DNA of 44,936 bases. It comes from Candidatus Bathyarchaeia archaeon (GTDB lineage: Archaea; Thermoproteota; Bathyarchaeia; Bathyarchaeales; Bathycorpusculaceae). The notes under the pieces are model-generated. The model was not told the DNA's origin, did no database searches, and saw nothing but the letters and a program-made list of their open reading frames with translations. The stretch is taken from assembly GCA_035292005.1 (NCBI GenBank), contig DATDQZ010000085.1:1-44936 (forward strand), written 5' to 3'. Position numbers and translations under genes: made by a program. Shown piece by piece: positions 9,305 to 17,832 of the stretch (within the stretch, counting starts at the first letter, position 1; each line of letters starts with the position of its first letter).

Positions 9305-10271
9305 AAATGTTTTGGTTACTGGTGGCGCTGGTTTTATTGGCAGCCACATAGTTGACCGCCTAGTCGATTGCGGCTATGGCGTAAGGGTTGTTGATAACCT
9401 TTCTACGGGTAAGCGGTCAAATATTGAGGATCACCTGAGACGCGGCAGGATTGATTTTGTCAGAGGTGACATTAAAGACGCCGAATTCGTTAGGAAATGT
9501 ATTCGTGACGTTGGGGCTGTGGTTCATCTTGCGGCTGTAACGAGTGTGCCGTTTTCTGTTAGCAATCCGGATTTTACTTATGATGCTAATGTTGCGGGAA
9601 CTTTGAATCTTTTGATTTCGTGTGTTGAGGAGAAAGTTGGCAAGTTTGTGTTTGTTTCTTCTTGTGCGGTTTACGGCGAGCCTGAGTGTTTGCCGGTGAA
9701 TGAGAAGTCTTCGATGAGTCCGATTTCGCCTTATGCCGAGTCCAAACTTGTGGCTGAGCACTTCTGTTTGGGTTTTCATGAGAGGCGACTTTTGAAGTCG
9801 ATTGTTTTACGTTTGTTCAACGTTTACGGACCTAGGCAGCGCGTTAATGATTATAGTGGAGTGATAACACGGTTTATTGACCGCAGTAGACAAGGGTTGC
9901 CGTTGATCATTTACGGCGATGGCTCGCAGACCAGGGATTTCGTGCATGTAAGCGATGTTGTTGAAGCGGTTTTGAGTTCATTAAAGAATAAAGATGCTGA
10001 GGGAGAAGTGTTTAACATAGGCTCTGGTGCGCCCACTTCTGTTCTTGAGTTAGCGAAGGCTGTTTTAGAATTAACAGGCTTAAATTGGGAGATTCTTTAC
10101 GACAAGCCGAGGCTTGGCGACATTAAGCATAGTTATGCGGATATTTCTAAGGCAGAGAAGCTCTTGGGGTACGGACCCAAGTTGTCTTTGAGAGAAGGAC
10201 TACGTACATTGCTCGCTGAAAACGGATTACCTCTAAGAAGTTTTAGTGAAGGCCAAAAGGTTGAAGCTTGA
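9297..10271 (+). CDS. NAD-dependent nucleotide-sugar epimerase/dehydratase (UDP-glucose 4-epimerase-like SDR)
   Basis: VLVTGGAGFIGSHIVDRL Rossmann motif and YAESK catalytic YxxxK. ATG 9297 overlaps the upstream stop by 8 nt. Confidence 0.85.
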   Translation: MHENVLVTGGAGFIGSHIVDRLVDCGYGVRVVDNLSTGKRSNIEDHLRRGRIDFVRGDIKDAEFVRKCIRDVGAVVHLAAVTSVPFSVSNPDFTYDANVAGTLNLLISCVEEKVGKFVFVSSCAVYGEPECLPVNEKSSMSPISPYAESKLVAEHFCLGFHERRLLKSIVLRLFNVYGPRQRVNDYSGVITRFIDRSRQGLPLIIYGDGSQTRDFVHVSDVVEAVLSSLKNKDAEGEVFNIGSGAPTSVLELAKAVLELTGLNWEILYDKPRLGDIKHSYADISKAEKLLGYGPKLSLREGLRTLLAENGLPLRSFSEGQKVEA

Positions 10272-11850
10272 GTTCACGAGTTTCTTGACCAGCGTTAAAT
10301 TAACAGATCGCAAGGCATTAGTGGCATGCTTGTCTCTGGGGTTTTTTGTTAGGTTGATACCTGAGCTTCTGGCTTTTCCGCTTCCGATAGGCTTTGACAC
10401 GATTCATTATGCGGTTGCGATGAAAAGTGGAGTGATCTTGCCTAATTGGAGCGCATTCTTCACTTCTACTTGGCTGTTGTACGCGCTTATCGTGCCGCTC
10501 TACAGCCTACTGCAGGTTGATCCGTTTTTGCTGTTGAAGATAGTTGCGCCATTGTTGTTTGGTTTGAACGTGGCTGGCGTTTACTGGTTTGCGAGGAAAA
10601 TGTTAAGCTGGAATCTACGCATGAGCTTGTTGACTGGAGTTTTCTTTGCTCTTCAGCTGGCTTCTTTGAGAATAAGCTGGGACCTTCTGCGAAACACGCT
10701 GGGCTTAGGTATTCTGCTGTTTGCTTTATCTTATCTAAAGGAAATAGGCTCTAGGCGCGGTTTTGCGCTCTTCACTTTGCTTTCTTTGCTGACAGTTTTC
10801 GCTCACGAGTATGCCGCGGTGACTCTACTGGTGGTGGTCGTGGGTTTGGTAGTTTGGCGTCTGGTTAAGAGCCAAGTAGATTCGGGATCTATACGCTTGG
10901 CGTTTGCGGTTCTTCCAGCATTGACAGTTTTCTTAACCGGAATTTGGCTGAGGATTTTTCCTGTGCACTATGCGCTTGAAACAAACATAGTTATTGCAGG
11001 TGATGCTGTTAGTGCTCGGCAGGGAAGCTTGTTTTTCATGGTTGATTATTTGCGTGTTCAAACTTCTGTGGATTATTACGCGAGCTATTGGAGTTTAGCT
11101 TTGAGTGTTGGTTTTCTCTTTGCTGTTCTGTATTTGCCGTATCTCTTCCTGATTGCGAAGGGTTTCTTTAAAAATCGCGTATTGAATGTTTGGACAATGC
11201 TTTTGCTGATTGGCGCTTTCGGCTGTTTAGTTGTTCCTTTTTTTGCTTTGGAATATTGGCATCGTTGGATGTTTATGCTTGTTTATCCGTTCACGTTTTT
11301 CGCTGTGAATGGGTTTAGCAAGTTGTTGCGCAAATCTTCTCTTGAGGGAAAAACACATGCTTTCTCGTGGTTTTCTAACAAGAAAGCTGCAGGAACGGTT
11401 TTGTTAACTTTCTCGTTGGGCATTGCCTATTTGGCTACGCCTGTGTTGATGGTTTATGCGAGTGTGAGCGTTCCGTCTATTACTGCTACTTACCTTTACT
11501 TTTCAACTAGTCCCACGGTTCCTTATGAGGACGTGAATAGCGTTGTTCAGGCTATGAGTTGGCTCAACGGGAATATGACTGCGGTTTCGTGTGTGGTTTT
11601 GCAGAATGCGTTTCTGTCTTGGGGACAGTTATATTTGGGCAAGTCTCATGTAATCGTGCATTTTGAGAATGATGTTAATTCAGCCGTGAACACGGCTTTT
11701 GGGCATGGTTTTAGTAGTGTATTTTTTGTTTGGTGGAATGAGCCGAACGGTTGGTATGGTATTTCTGTTCCTCAAAGTTTTGTTAGGGTGCAGGATTTTG
11801 GTCGCATATCCGTTTATGTTTATGAAGGTGGAAATGTTGGTGGAAGTTGA
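10246..11850 (+). CDS. Large polytopic membrane protein with a C-terminal soluble domain; possible GT-C-fold glycosyltransferase
   Basis: 534 aa, more than 10 hydrophobic segments by eye, then a roughly 110-aa non-hydrophobic tail. Sits in a glycan-locus context. No WWDYG (AglB) motif seen. Confidence 0.55.
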   Translation: MKAKRLKLEFTSFLTSVKLTDRKALVACLSLGFFVRLIPELLAFPLPIGFDTIHYAVAMKSGVILPNWSAFFTSTWLLYALIVPLYSLLQVDPFLLLKIVAPLLFGLNVAGVYWFARKMLSWNLRMSLLTGVFFALQLASLRISWDLLRNTLGLGILLFALSYLKEIGSRRGFALFTLLSLLTVFAHEYAAVTLLVVVVGLVVWRLVKSQVDSGSIRLAFAVLPALTVFLTGIWLRIFPVHYALETNIVIAGDAVSARQGSLFFMVDYLRVQTSVDYYASYWSLALSVGFLFAVLYLPYLFLIAKGFFKNRVLNVWTMLLLIGAFGCLVVPFFALEYWHRWMFMLVYPFTFFAVNGFSKLLRKSSLEGKTHAFSWFSNKKAAGTVLLTFSLGIAYLATPVLMVYASVSVPSITATYLYFSTSPTVPYEDVNSVVQAMSWLNGNMTAVSCVVLQNAFLSWGQLYLGKSHVIVHFENDVNSAVNTAFGHGFSSVFFVWWNEPNGWYGISVPQSFVRVQDFGRISVYVYEGGNVGGS

Positions 11851-12799
11851 AGAATCCGGAGTGATCTTGGATAAGATAGGGGTTCCTGGAGCCAAACCGT
11901 TTGTTGTTGTTGGTATTCCAGCGTTTAATGAGGAGGCGATGATTGCGCGGGTGGTTTTGGTGGCTCAAAAGTTTGCGAATGTGGTTGTGGTTTGCGACGA
12001 TGGTTCTAGCGATATGACTGGGGCGATAGCTACGCGTCTAGGCGCAGATGTGGTTAAGCATGAGCGGAATTTGGGTTATGGCGCCGCCATTAAGAGTCTG
12101 TTTAGACGAGCTCGTGAGTTGGATGCTGATGTGTTGGTTACTTTGGACGCTGATGGACAGCATGATCCTAACGAAATTCCAAATGTTGTGAAGCCTGTTA
12201 TTCAGGATATGGCCGATGTGGTGATCGGTAGCCGATTTGTTGACATGCATGGGACTGCGGAGATGCCTTTTTACCGGCGAGTTGGCGCCAAATTGATTAC
12301 TAAGTTGGTTAATGGTCCGTCGAAGAATGGTGTTAGTGATGCTCAGAGCGGGTTCAGAGCTTACAATCGTCAGGCGTTAGAGCTTCTTAGCGTTTTTGAG
12401 AATGGTATGGGCGCTAGCGTTGAGATACTGCGAGAAGCTAGCAAGCACGATTTGAAGATTTGTGAAGTGCCCAGTTCGTGCAAGTACAATACTGGCAAGG
12501 TAACCACTTCCACGGAGAATCCTGTAACGCATGGTATGGGTGTTGTCATGTCCATTATTCGCCTTATTGTGGAGGAAAGGCCGTTAACGGTTCTGGGTAT
12601 TCCAGGCTTGTTGTGCTTGTTTGCTGGAATAGCGTTTGGAGTTTGGATGTTGCAGCTTTACGCCATAGAGCATCAGATAGTGACGAATATCGCTTTGGCT
12701 TCCATAGCCTTTGTGCTGATTGGTTTTTTCATGTTGTCAACAGCTATAACGCTGTATGCTATCTCGAGACTTTCCCAAAGAGTGAATGGGAACAAATAA
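11822..12799 (+). CDS. GT2 glycosyltransferase, dolichyl-phosphate hexose synthase-like (Dpm1/GtrB type with two C-terminal TM helices)
   Basis: VVVGIPAFNEE, CDDGSSD and TLDADGQHDP motifs, with two hydrophobic C-terminal segments. The start was chosen at ATG 11822 (MKVEM), overlapping the upstream gene's end. Confidence 0.8.
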   Translation: MKVEMLVEVEESGVILDKIGVPGAKPFVVVGIPAFNEEAMIARVVLVAQKFANVVVVCDDGSSDMTGAIATRLGADVVKHERNLGYGAAIKSLFRRARELDADVLVTLDADGQHDPNEIPNVVKPVIQDMADVVIGSRFVDMHGTAEMPFYRRVGAKLITKLVNGPSKNGVSDAQSGFRAYNRQALELLSVFENGMGASVEILREASKHDLKICEVPSSCKYNTGKVTTSTENPVTHGMGVVMSIIRLIVEERPLTVLGIPGLLCLFAGIAFGVWMLQLYAIEHQIVTNIALASIAFVLIGFFMLSTAITLYAISRLSQRVNGNK

Positions 12800-12802
12800 G
12801 GA

Positions 12803-13015
12803 ATGCTTAAGATTGAGGTTGCTGAAGTGCGTGGATACTGCCCAGTGTACAAGGTTGGGGATAAAATAGTGGTTGATGATCCTGAGATAGTCTTGGGGAA
12901 AACGGATGCTTTGTGTACGCATGCGCTTTCTTCCTTACTGCATTATGTGCTTATGTTGGAACGAGGAGCTGATCCTGTTGAGTTGGGTTTGTCGAAGCCT
13001 GATAAAAATTGTTGA
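12803..13015 (+). CDS. Small Cys-containing protein resembling the TIGR04076 family, apparently 3'-truncated
   Basis: 70 aa: IEVAEVRGYCPVYKVGDKIVV...DALCTHALSSLL. From memory, family members continue about 25 aa further to a second Cys/Pro-rich segment, which is absent here. The ORF ends exactly where an unrelated gene fragment begins. Confidence 0.4.
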   Translation: MLKIEVAEVRGYCPVYKVGDKIVVDDPEIVLGKTDALCTHALSSLLHYVLMLERGADPVELGLSKPDKNC

Positions 13016-13019
13016 TTGT

Positions 13020-13121
13020 GTGAAGCTTATGCTTGGTAAGAAAAACGATTGGGAAAACCGCTTCGGAGATGGTCAGGCTGGTAAGAGAATTATTGAAATG
13101 TTGAGGCATGAATTTGACTAA
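13020..13121 (+). pseudogene. Relic of the last ~33 codons of a UDP-N-acetylglucosamine 2-epimerase (WecB-like) gene
   Basis: VKLMLGKKNDWENRFGDGQAGKRIIEMLRHEFD* matches the conserved WecB C-terminus (NPYGDG-x-A-x-RI). Nothing upstream in this frame resembles the rest of the enzyme. Confidence 0.5.
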
Positions 13122-13206
13122 AGAAAGCAAGAAAGTTTTGGTAATGGGTAGTTCAAACTTCACCGGCTCGAATTTGATGCGTGAGTTGGCAAGGCAGGGG
13201 CGGTAA
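13108..13206 (+). pseudogene. Relic of the first 32 codons of an SDR/Rossmann nucleotide-sugar enzyme
   Basis: MNLTKESKKVLVMGSSNFTGSNLMRELARQGR*. This is a GxxxxxG-type Rossmann N-terminus that stops at TAA 13204. Its ATG overlaps the WecB-relic stop in the way operon neighbours do. Confidence 0.4.
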
Positions 13207-13209
13207 ACG

Positions 13210-14253
13210 ATTAAGAGAGCGCTTATCACTGGAATAACGGGACAAGATGGTTCTTATTTAGCAGAACTCTTGCTTTCCAAAGGTTACGAAGTGCATGGAA
13301 TTATCAGGAGAGCTAGTACTTTCAATACTTCTAGGATAAATCATATCTATGTGGATCCCCATGAACCCGAGGCAAAATTCTTTCTTCATTACGGAGATCT
13401 TTCAGACTCCGAACAAGTATCAAACATGATTTATAATATCAAACCAGATGAAGTCTATCATTTAGGTGCTCAAAGTCATGTTAGGGTAAGTTTTGATATC
13501 CCGGAATATACGGGAAACGTCACAGCGTTAGGCACCACGAGAATTTTGGAGGCAATCAAAAGAAGTGGAAACAATATTAGGTTTTATCAAGCATCGAGTA
13601 GTGAGATGTTTGGAAATTCTCCTTCTCCGCAGAATGAGGAAACGCCTTTTAGGCCGAGGAGCCCTTATGCCATTGCTAAACTTTATTCGTATTGGTCAAC
13701 GGTGAATTATAGGGAAGGTTACAATCTGTTTGCGTGTAATGGAATTTTGTTTAATCATGAATCTCCCAGAAGAGGTGAAACTTTTGTAACGAGAAAAATA
13801 TCGAGAGCCATAGCGAATATTTTGGCTAAGAAACAAAAAATTCTTTATCTTGGGAATCTTGGTGCGAAACGTGATTGGGGATATGCACCAGAATATGTAG
13901 AGGCCATGCGGAAAATATTGCAAATCAATTCACCAGAAGATTTTGTTTTAGGGACTGGTGAGATGCATTCTGTTAGAGAGTTTGTTGAACAAGCTTTCTC
14001 TTATGTCGATTTAAGCTTTGAAAAGTATGTAGAGATTGATCCAAGGTATTTTAGGCCTACCGAGACTGAAGAGTTGGTTGCCGATTCAAGGAAAGCTATG
14101 AAAAAGTTGGCTTGGGACCCTAAGATTAGATTTAAAGAGTTGGTAAAAATAATGATGGATGCGGAGATGCGCAGTGCGGGCTTGGAGCCGCCTGGGGATG
14201 GAGATAAAATTCTAGAAAAGAAGTTTACAAATAGATGGTGGAGGAGAGATTAG
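13210..14253 (+). CDS. gmd: GDP-mannose 4,6-dehydratase (start codon uncertain, see findings)
   Basis: [31 protein letters not shown] followed by the typical Gmd body ([22 protein letters not shown]). The homology begins at about 13213, upstream of the first canonical start (TTG 13270). Confidence 0.88.
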   Translation: MKRALITGITGQDGSYLAELLLSKGYEVHGIIRRASTFNTSRINHIYVDPHEPEAKFFLHYGDLSDSEQVSNMIYNIKPDEVYHLGAQSHVRVSFDIPEYTGNVTALGTTRILEAIKRSGNNIRFYQASSSEMFGNSPSPQNEETPFRPRSPYAIAKLYSYWSTVNYREGYNLFACNGILFNHESPRRGETFVTRKISRAIANILAKKQKILYLGNLGAKRDWGYAPEYVEAMRKILQINSPEDFVLGTGEMHSVREFVEQAFSYVDLSFEKYVEIDPRYFRPTETEELVADSRKAMKKLAWDPKIRFKELVKIMMDAEMRSAGLEPPGDGDKILEKKFTNRWWRRD

Positions 14254-14254
14254 G

Positions 14255-15196
14255 ATGAGTTTTTGGGCAGATAGGAAGATATTGGTGACTGGTGGAGTCG
14301 GATTCTTAGGTTCTTTCATAGTCAAGAAATTGATAAAGGAAAGGAAAGTAAATCCTAGAAATATTCGGGTTCCCAGAAGTAAAGATTTTGATTTGAGAAA
14401 ATGGGAAAACTGTGCAGAAGCCGTTAAGGATAGGGATATTGTTATTCATTTGGCAGCTAAAGTTGGTGGTATAGGATTTAACAAGAAGTATCCTGCAACT
14501 TTATTTTATGATAATGCCATAATGGGAATTCAATTAGTGGAAGCTGCTAGACAAGAGGGAGTACAGAAATTTGTTGCAATAGGAACGGTATGTGCATATC
14601 CGAAATATACTCCTGTTCCTTTCAAAGAGGAAGACTTATGGAATGGATATCCGGAAGAAACAAACGCACCTTATGGAGTTGCTAAGAAAATTCTGCTTGT
14701 TCAAGCCAAAGCATATAGAGAGCAATATGGTTTCAACGCTATTTACCTATTGCCAGTTAACTTGTACGGGCCAAGGGACAATTTTGATCCTGAAAGTTCA
14801 CATGTAATCCCTGCACTTATAAAGAAGATGGTTGATGCAAAATTAGCTGGAAAAAAGGAAGTTGTTGTTTGGGGTACTGGAAATGTTTCTAGAGAATTCT
14901 TATATGTTGAAGATGCCGCTGAGGGGATTCTCTTGGCAACAGAGAAATATGACAAATCAGACCCCGTAAATCTAGGTGTAGGCAGAGAAATCACGATAAG
15001 AGAACTTGTATATTTAATAGCAAGGCTCACAGGTTATGATGGAAAAATTGTGTGGGATACTTCAAGGCCGGACGGGCAACCGCGAAGGTGCCTTGATACG
15101 ACCAAAGCTAGTAAGGAATTCGGCTTTATTGCCAAAACAGACCTTGCGGATGGGCTAAAAAAAACGATTGATTGGTATTTACAGAATAGAATTTAG
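14255..15196 (+). CDS. fcl: GDP-L-fucose synthase (GDP-4-keto-6-deoxymannose 3,5-epimerase/4-reductase)
   Basis: [18 protein letters not shown] (YxxxK) and [19 protein letters not shown]. The gene starts 1 nt after gmd, the classic gmd-fcl pair. Confidence 0.88.
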   Translation: MSFWADRKILVTGGVGFLGSFIVKKLIKERKVNPRNIRVPRSKDFDLRKWENCAEAVKDRDIVIHLAAKVGGIGFNKKYPATLFYDNAIMGIQLVEAARQEGVQKFVAIGTVCAYPKYTPVPFKEEDLWNGYPEETNAPYGVAKKILLVQAKAYREQYGFNAIYLLPVNLYGPRDNFDPESSHVIPALIKKMVDAKLAGKKEVVVWGTGNVSREFLYVEDAAEGILLATEKYDKSDPVNLGVGREITIRELVYLIARLTGYDGKIVWDTSRPDGQPRRCLDTTKASKEFGFIAKTDLADGLKKTIDWYLQNRI

Positions 15197-15264
15197 GCTA
15201 AGCTTTTGAAGTTTTCAAATAGCAAGTTCACATGTGCATATTCAGTGTCATAGGACTATAGTGT

Positions 15265-16467
15265 ATGAAAGTTCTTGTTTTGGCTCAGTACTTTTCACCT
15301 GATATGGGTGGCGGTAGCGCTAGGGCATCTAATGTTGTTAATGGTTTGCTCGGTAAGGGTTGTGATATCACTGTTGTTGTTGCTTTTCCGCATTATCCGC
15401 ATGGGAAGGTGCCAAGTCAGTATAAGCATAAAGCTATAGTTTCTGAAAGAATTGGTGGTGCGAAGGTTTTTCGTGTTTGGATTCCTGCTTTGCCGCACAG
15501 CAGTGTAATGAACCGGATTATTTTGCATTTGTGTTTTTTTGTTTCTTCTTTGTTTGCTTTGCCTTTTGTTGGCAAGGTTGATGTAGTTTGGTGTGCTAAT
15601 CCTAACTTGTTTTCTTTCTTTCCAGCTGTTGTTTACGGGTTTGTTAAGGGGAGACCTATCGTTAGGAATGTTGATGACTTGTGGCCTGAGGATTTTTATG
15701 AGCTAGGACTAGTTCAGTCTCGGTTGATGCGAAAGGCGCTCGATTTTTTGGCTTGGCTTTCATATGCTGTTTCAGCGGCTATTACGCCTATAAGCCCTGG
15801 GTATAAACGCAGGATAGTCAAGAAGTATAATATTTGTGCAGAGAAAATTCATGTCGTAGAGGTTGGTATCGATAAGGTTTATCCTTTGAATGCGAATAAG
15901 CAGAAGAAGAGTCGGTTTGTCATTATGTATTCTGGGATTTTAGGCGTAGGTTATGATTTCAACATAGTTTTGAAGGCTGCGCGTGCTTTGACAAAGTATA
16001 AAGACATAATTTTCGTGATAAGAGGCGTCGGCGAGCTTGCCTCAAAGCTAAAGAAACGGATCAAGGAGCTTAATCTTTCAAATGTTGTGTTAAATACGGA
16101 TTTTCTGTCCAAGGATAAGTTATCCGCTTTGTTGAGTTCTGCTGACGTTTTTATCCTTCCAATGGACTCTGCACCTTCGACGGAGGAGGGGCTTCCAGCT
16201 AAGGTTTTTGAGTATCAAGCTTACGGAAAGCCCATAATTTGTATTTCTCGCGGGGAACCTGCTAAGTATGTTGAAGCAACTAGGTCAGGTTTAATCGTGA
16301 AGCAAGGTGATGCAGAGGGCTTTGCAGAGGCTGTTGTTAGGCTTTACAAGGATAGAAAGCTGGCTTCGGGGTTCGGGTTAAATGGTTGGTTGTACGTTTC
16401 AACAAACATGACGGCAGAGAAGATTGGTGAACTCATGTATAACGTTTTGGCTTCGATAAAGCCATAA
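15265..16467 (+). CDS. GT4-family (GT-B fold) glycosyltransferase, WbuB-like
   Basis: MKVLVLAQYFSPDMGGGS N-terminus and a C-terminal E-x7-E-like region (EEGLPAKVFEYQAYGKP). Confidence 0.85.
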   Translation: MKVLVLAQYFSPDMGGGSARASNVVNGLLGKGCDITVVVAFPHYPHGKVPSQYKHKAIVSERIGGAKVFRVWIPALPHSSVMNRIILHLCFFVSSLFALPFVGKVDVVWCANPNLFSFFPAVVYGFVKGRPIVRNVDDLWPEDFYELGLVQSRLMRKALDFLAWLSYAVSAAITPISPGYKRRIVKKYNICAEKIHVVEVGIDKVYPLNANKQKKSRFVIMYSGILGVGYDFNIVLKAARALTKYKDIIFVIRGVGELASKLKKRIKELNLSNVVLNTDFLSKDKLSALLSSADVFILPMDSAPSTEEGLPAKVFEYQAYGKPIICISRGEPAKYVEATRSGLIVKQGDAEGFAEAVVRLYKDRKLASGFGLNGWLYVSTNMTAEKIGELMYNVLASIKP

Positions 16468-16605
16468 GTGACAAAGCTTTGGCTAAGCAGTCGACGATCC
16501 TTTGCTGTGAACCCAAACCTGACATAAGAGCTAGGTTAAGGAAGACTTTCGAAGGGTTCAAAGAGTACTAGGAAAACATTGGGAGAAGTGTAAAGTTCTA
16601 GGCTT

Positions 16606-17451
16606 ATGATCAAAAATATACTTTCGATAGATGTTGAAGAGATATTTCATGCTGAATATGCTAGAAATTCCAAAAATCGCAATTTTACTTACAGAACGCT
16701 CTATAATATCCCACCTATACTTGACGTCCTCAAGGAACAAAATGTTGCTGCAACCTTCTTTATGGTTGGAGAGCTTGCCGAAAAGTTCACTGATATAGTT
16801 AGGATGATTAAAAAACAAGGCCATGAAGTCGCATTTCATTCATATGACCATAAACCCTTGTGGGAGAAAGATCCAGAGCAACTTGAAATAGAAATTGAGA
16901 GGTTTAATAATTTGTTAGCATCAATAACGGGACACAAGTGCTTAGGTTTTAGGGCGCCTTCGTTTTCGCTAGATAACACGACCAAGTGGGCTTTTGGGGT
17001 CTTAGATAAAATGGGAATATTGTATGATTCAAGTGTTTTTCCTTCGTGGACGCCGCTCTATGGAGTTTCTGGCGCACCAATAAAGCCCTATGAACCTTTG
17101 AAGGATGACTTGGCCTCGGCGGACAACGGGGGTAAGCTGTGGGAGTTCCCGCTAACGGTGTATTCGTTCTTGGGGTTTCGCATTCCAGCGGCTGGAGGCT
17201 TTTACTTGCGATTTATGCCGAGTCTTCTGCGGAAAGCAATAAAGAAAATGAATAAGCTTGGAGCGCCAGCCGTCATATTTGTTCATAACTGGGAATTGGA
17301 TTCTGATACGCCGAAGCTGAAGCTTAATCCATACAAATCATTTGTAACCTATCATAATATAGGGAAAACGTTGAAACTGGTCAAGGGTTTATTGCATGAT
17401 TTTGAGTTCACGAGTTTTGCTGAGTATATGGAAACCTCGGGAATGATCTGA
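16606..17451 (+). CDS. Polysaccharide deacetylase family protein (NodB-like domain with a DUF3473-type C-terminus)
   Basis: LSIDVEE ... TFFMVG ... HEVAFHSYDH metal/catalytic pattern, then an FVHNWELD ... VTYHN C-terminal region. Confidence 0.8.
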   Translation: MIKNILSIDVEEIFHAEYARNSKNRNFTYRTLYNIPPILDVLKEQNVAATFFMVGELAEKFTDIVRMIKKQGHEVAFHSYDHKPLWEKDPEQLEIEIERFNNLLASITGHKCLGFRAPSFSLDNTTKWAFGVLDKMGILYDSSVFPSWTPLYGVSGAPIKPYEPLKDDLASADNGGKLWEFPLTVYSFLGFRIPAAGGFYLRFMPSLLRKAIKKMNKLGAPAVIFVHNWELDSDTPKLKLNPYKSFVTYHNIGKTLKLVKGLLHDFEFTSFAEYMETSGMI

Positions 17452-17455
17452 AACG

Positions 17456-17677
17456 ATGCCGATTGAATCGGGCATACAAATACATGGATTGCCAGCGGTA
17501 ATATATGTTCATAATTGGGAACTGGATCCTGGGACTGCCGGGTTGAAGCTTGGTCCCTACCGTTCTTTTGTAACGTATTATAACATTGAGAAAACTGGGG
17601 AGAAATTGCGATGTCTGCTGTCTAACTTCAATTTCACAAGCTTAAGAGATCATGTAAAAACAGAAGGTTTCACTTAG
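17456..17677 (+). pseudogene. Stand-alone duplicate of the deacetylase C-terminal ~63 residues (gene fragment)
   Basis: GLPAVIYVHNWELDPGTAGLKLGPYRSFVTYYNIEKT... aligns with GAPAVIFVHNWELDSDTPKLKLNPYKSFVTYHNIGKT... of the upstream gene. I count 35/63 identical by hand. It has no catalytic domain. Confidence 0.65.
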
Positions 17678-17832
17678 ATGTTAGAACTTATGAATTTAAT
17701 GTTGAAGTTTCAGATCAACGCGACTCATGTTTCTGGAACGACTTGCTATAAATGTGCTCTTAATTGGCGCTATATCATTTAATCGTGTAGATTGAAAAAA
17801 TGGTCGTGAGTCAAACATTGATCAAGGTCAGT

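Noticed and set aside
11700-11790. The WW...GWYG string (FVWWNEPNGWYG) in the 534-aa membrane protein as the AglB/STT3 WWDYG motif
   Set aside because: The sequence does not match WWDYG. It also lies near the extreme C-terminus rather than directly after the TM core, so there is not enough evidence to call an oligosaccharyltransferase.
12906-13121. The 71-aa ORF from the track as one gene
   Set aside because: Only the last ~33 codons (from 13020) resemble anything, namely a WecB C-terminus. The first half is an out-of-frame overlap with the TIGR04076-like ORF.
13270-14253. TTG 13270 as the gmd start (as in the ORF track)
   Set aside because: It would remove the GITGQDG NADP-binding motif encoded at 13231-13251. 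The homology clearly extends upstream to about 13213.
16558-16839. The 93-aa minus-strand ORF overlapping the deacetylase start
   Set aside because: It is antisense to a well-supported gene in a locus where every credible gene is on the + strand.
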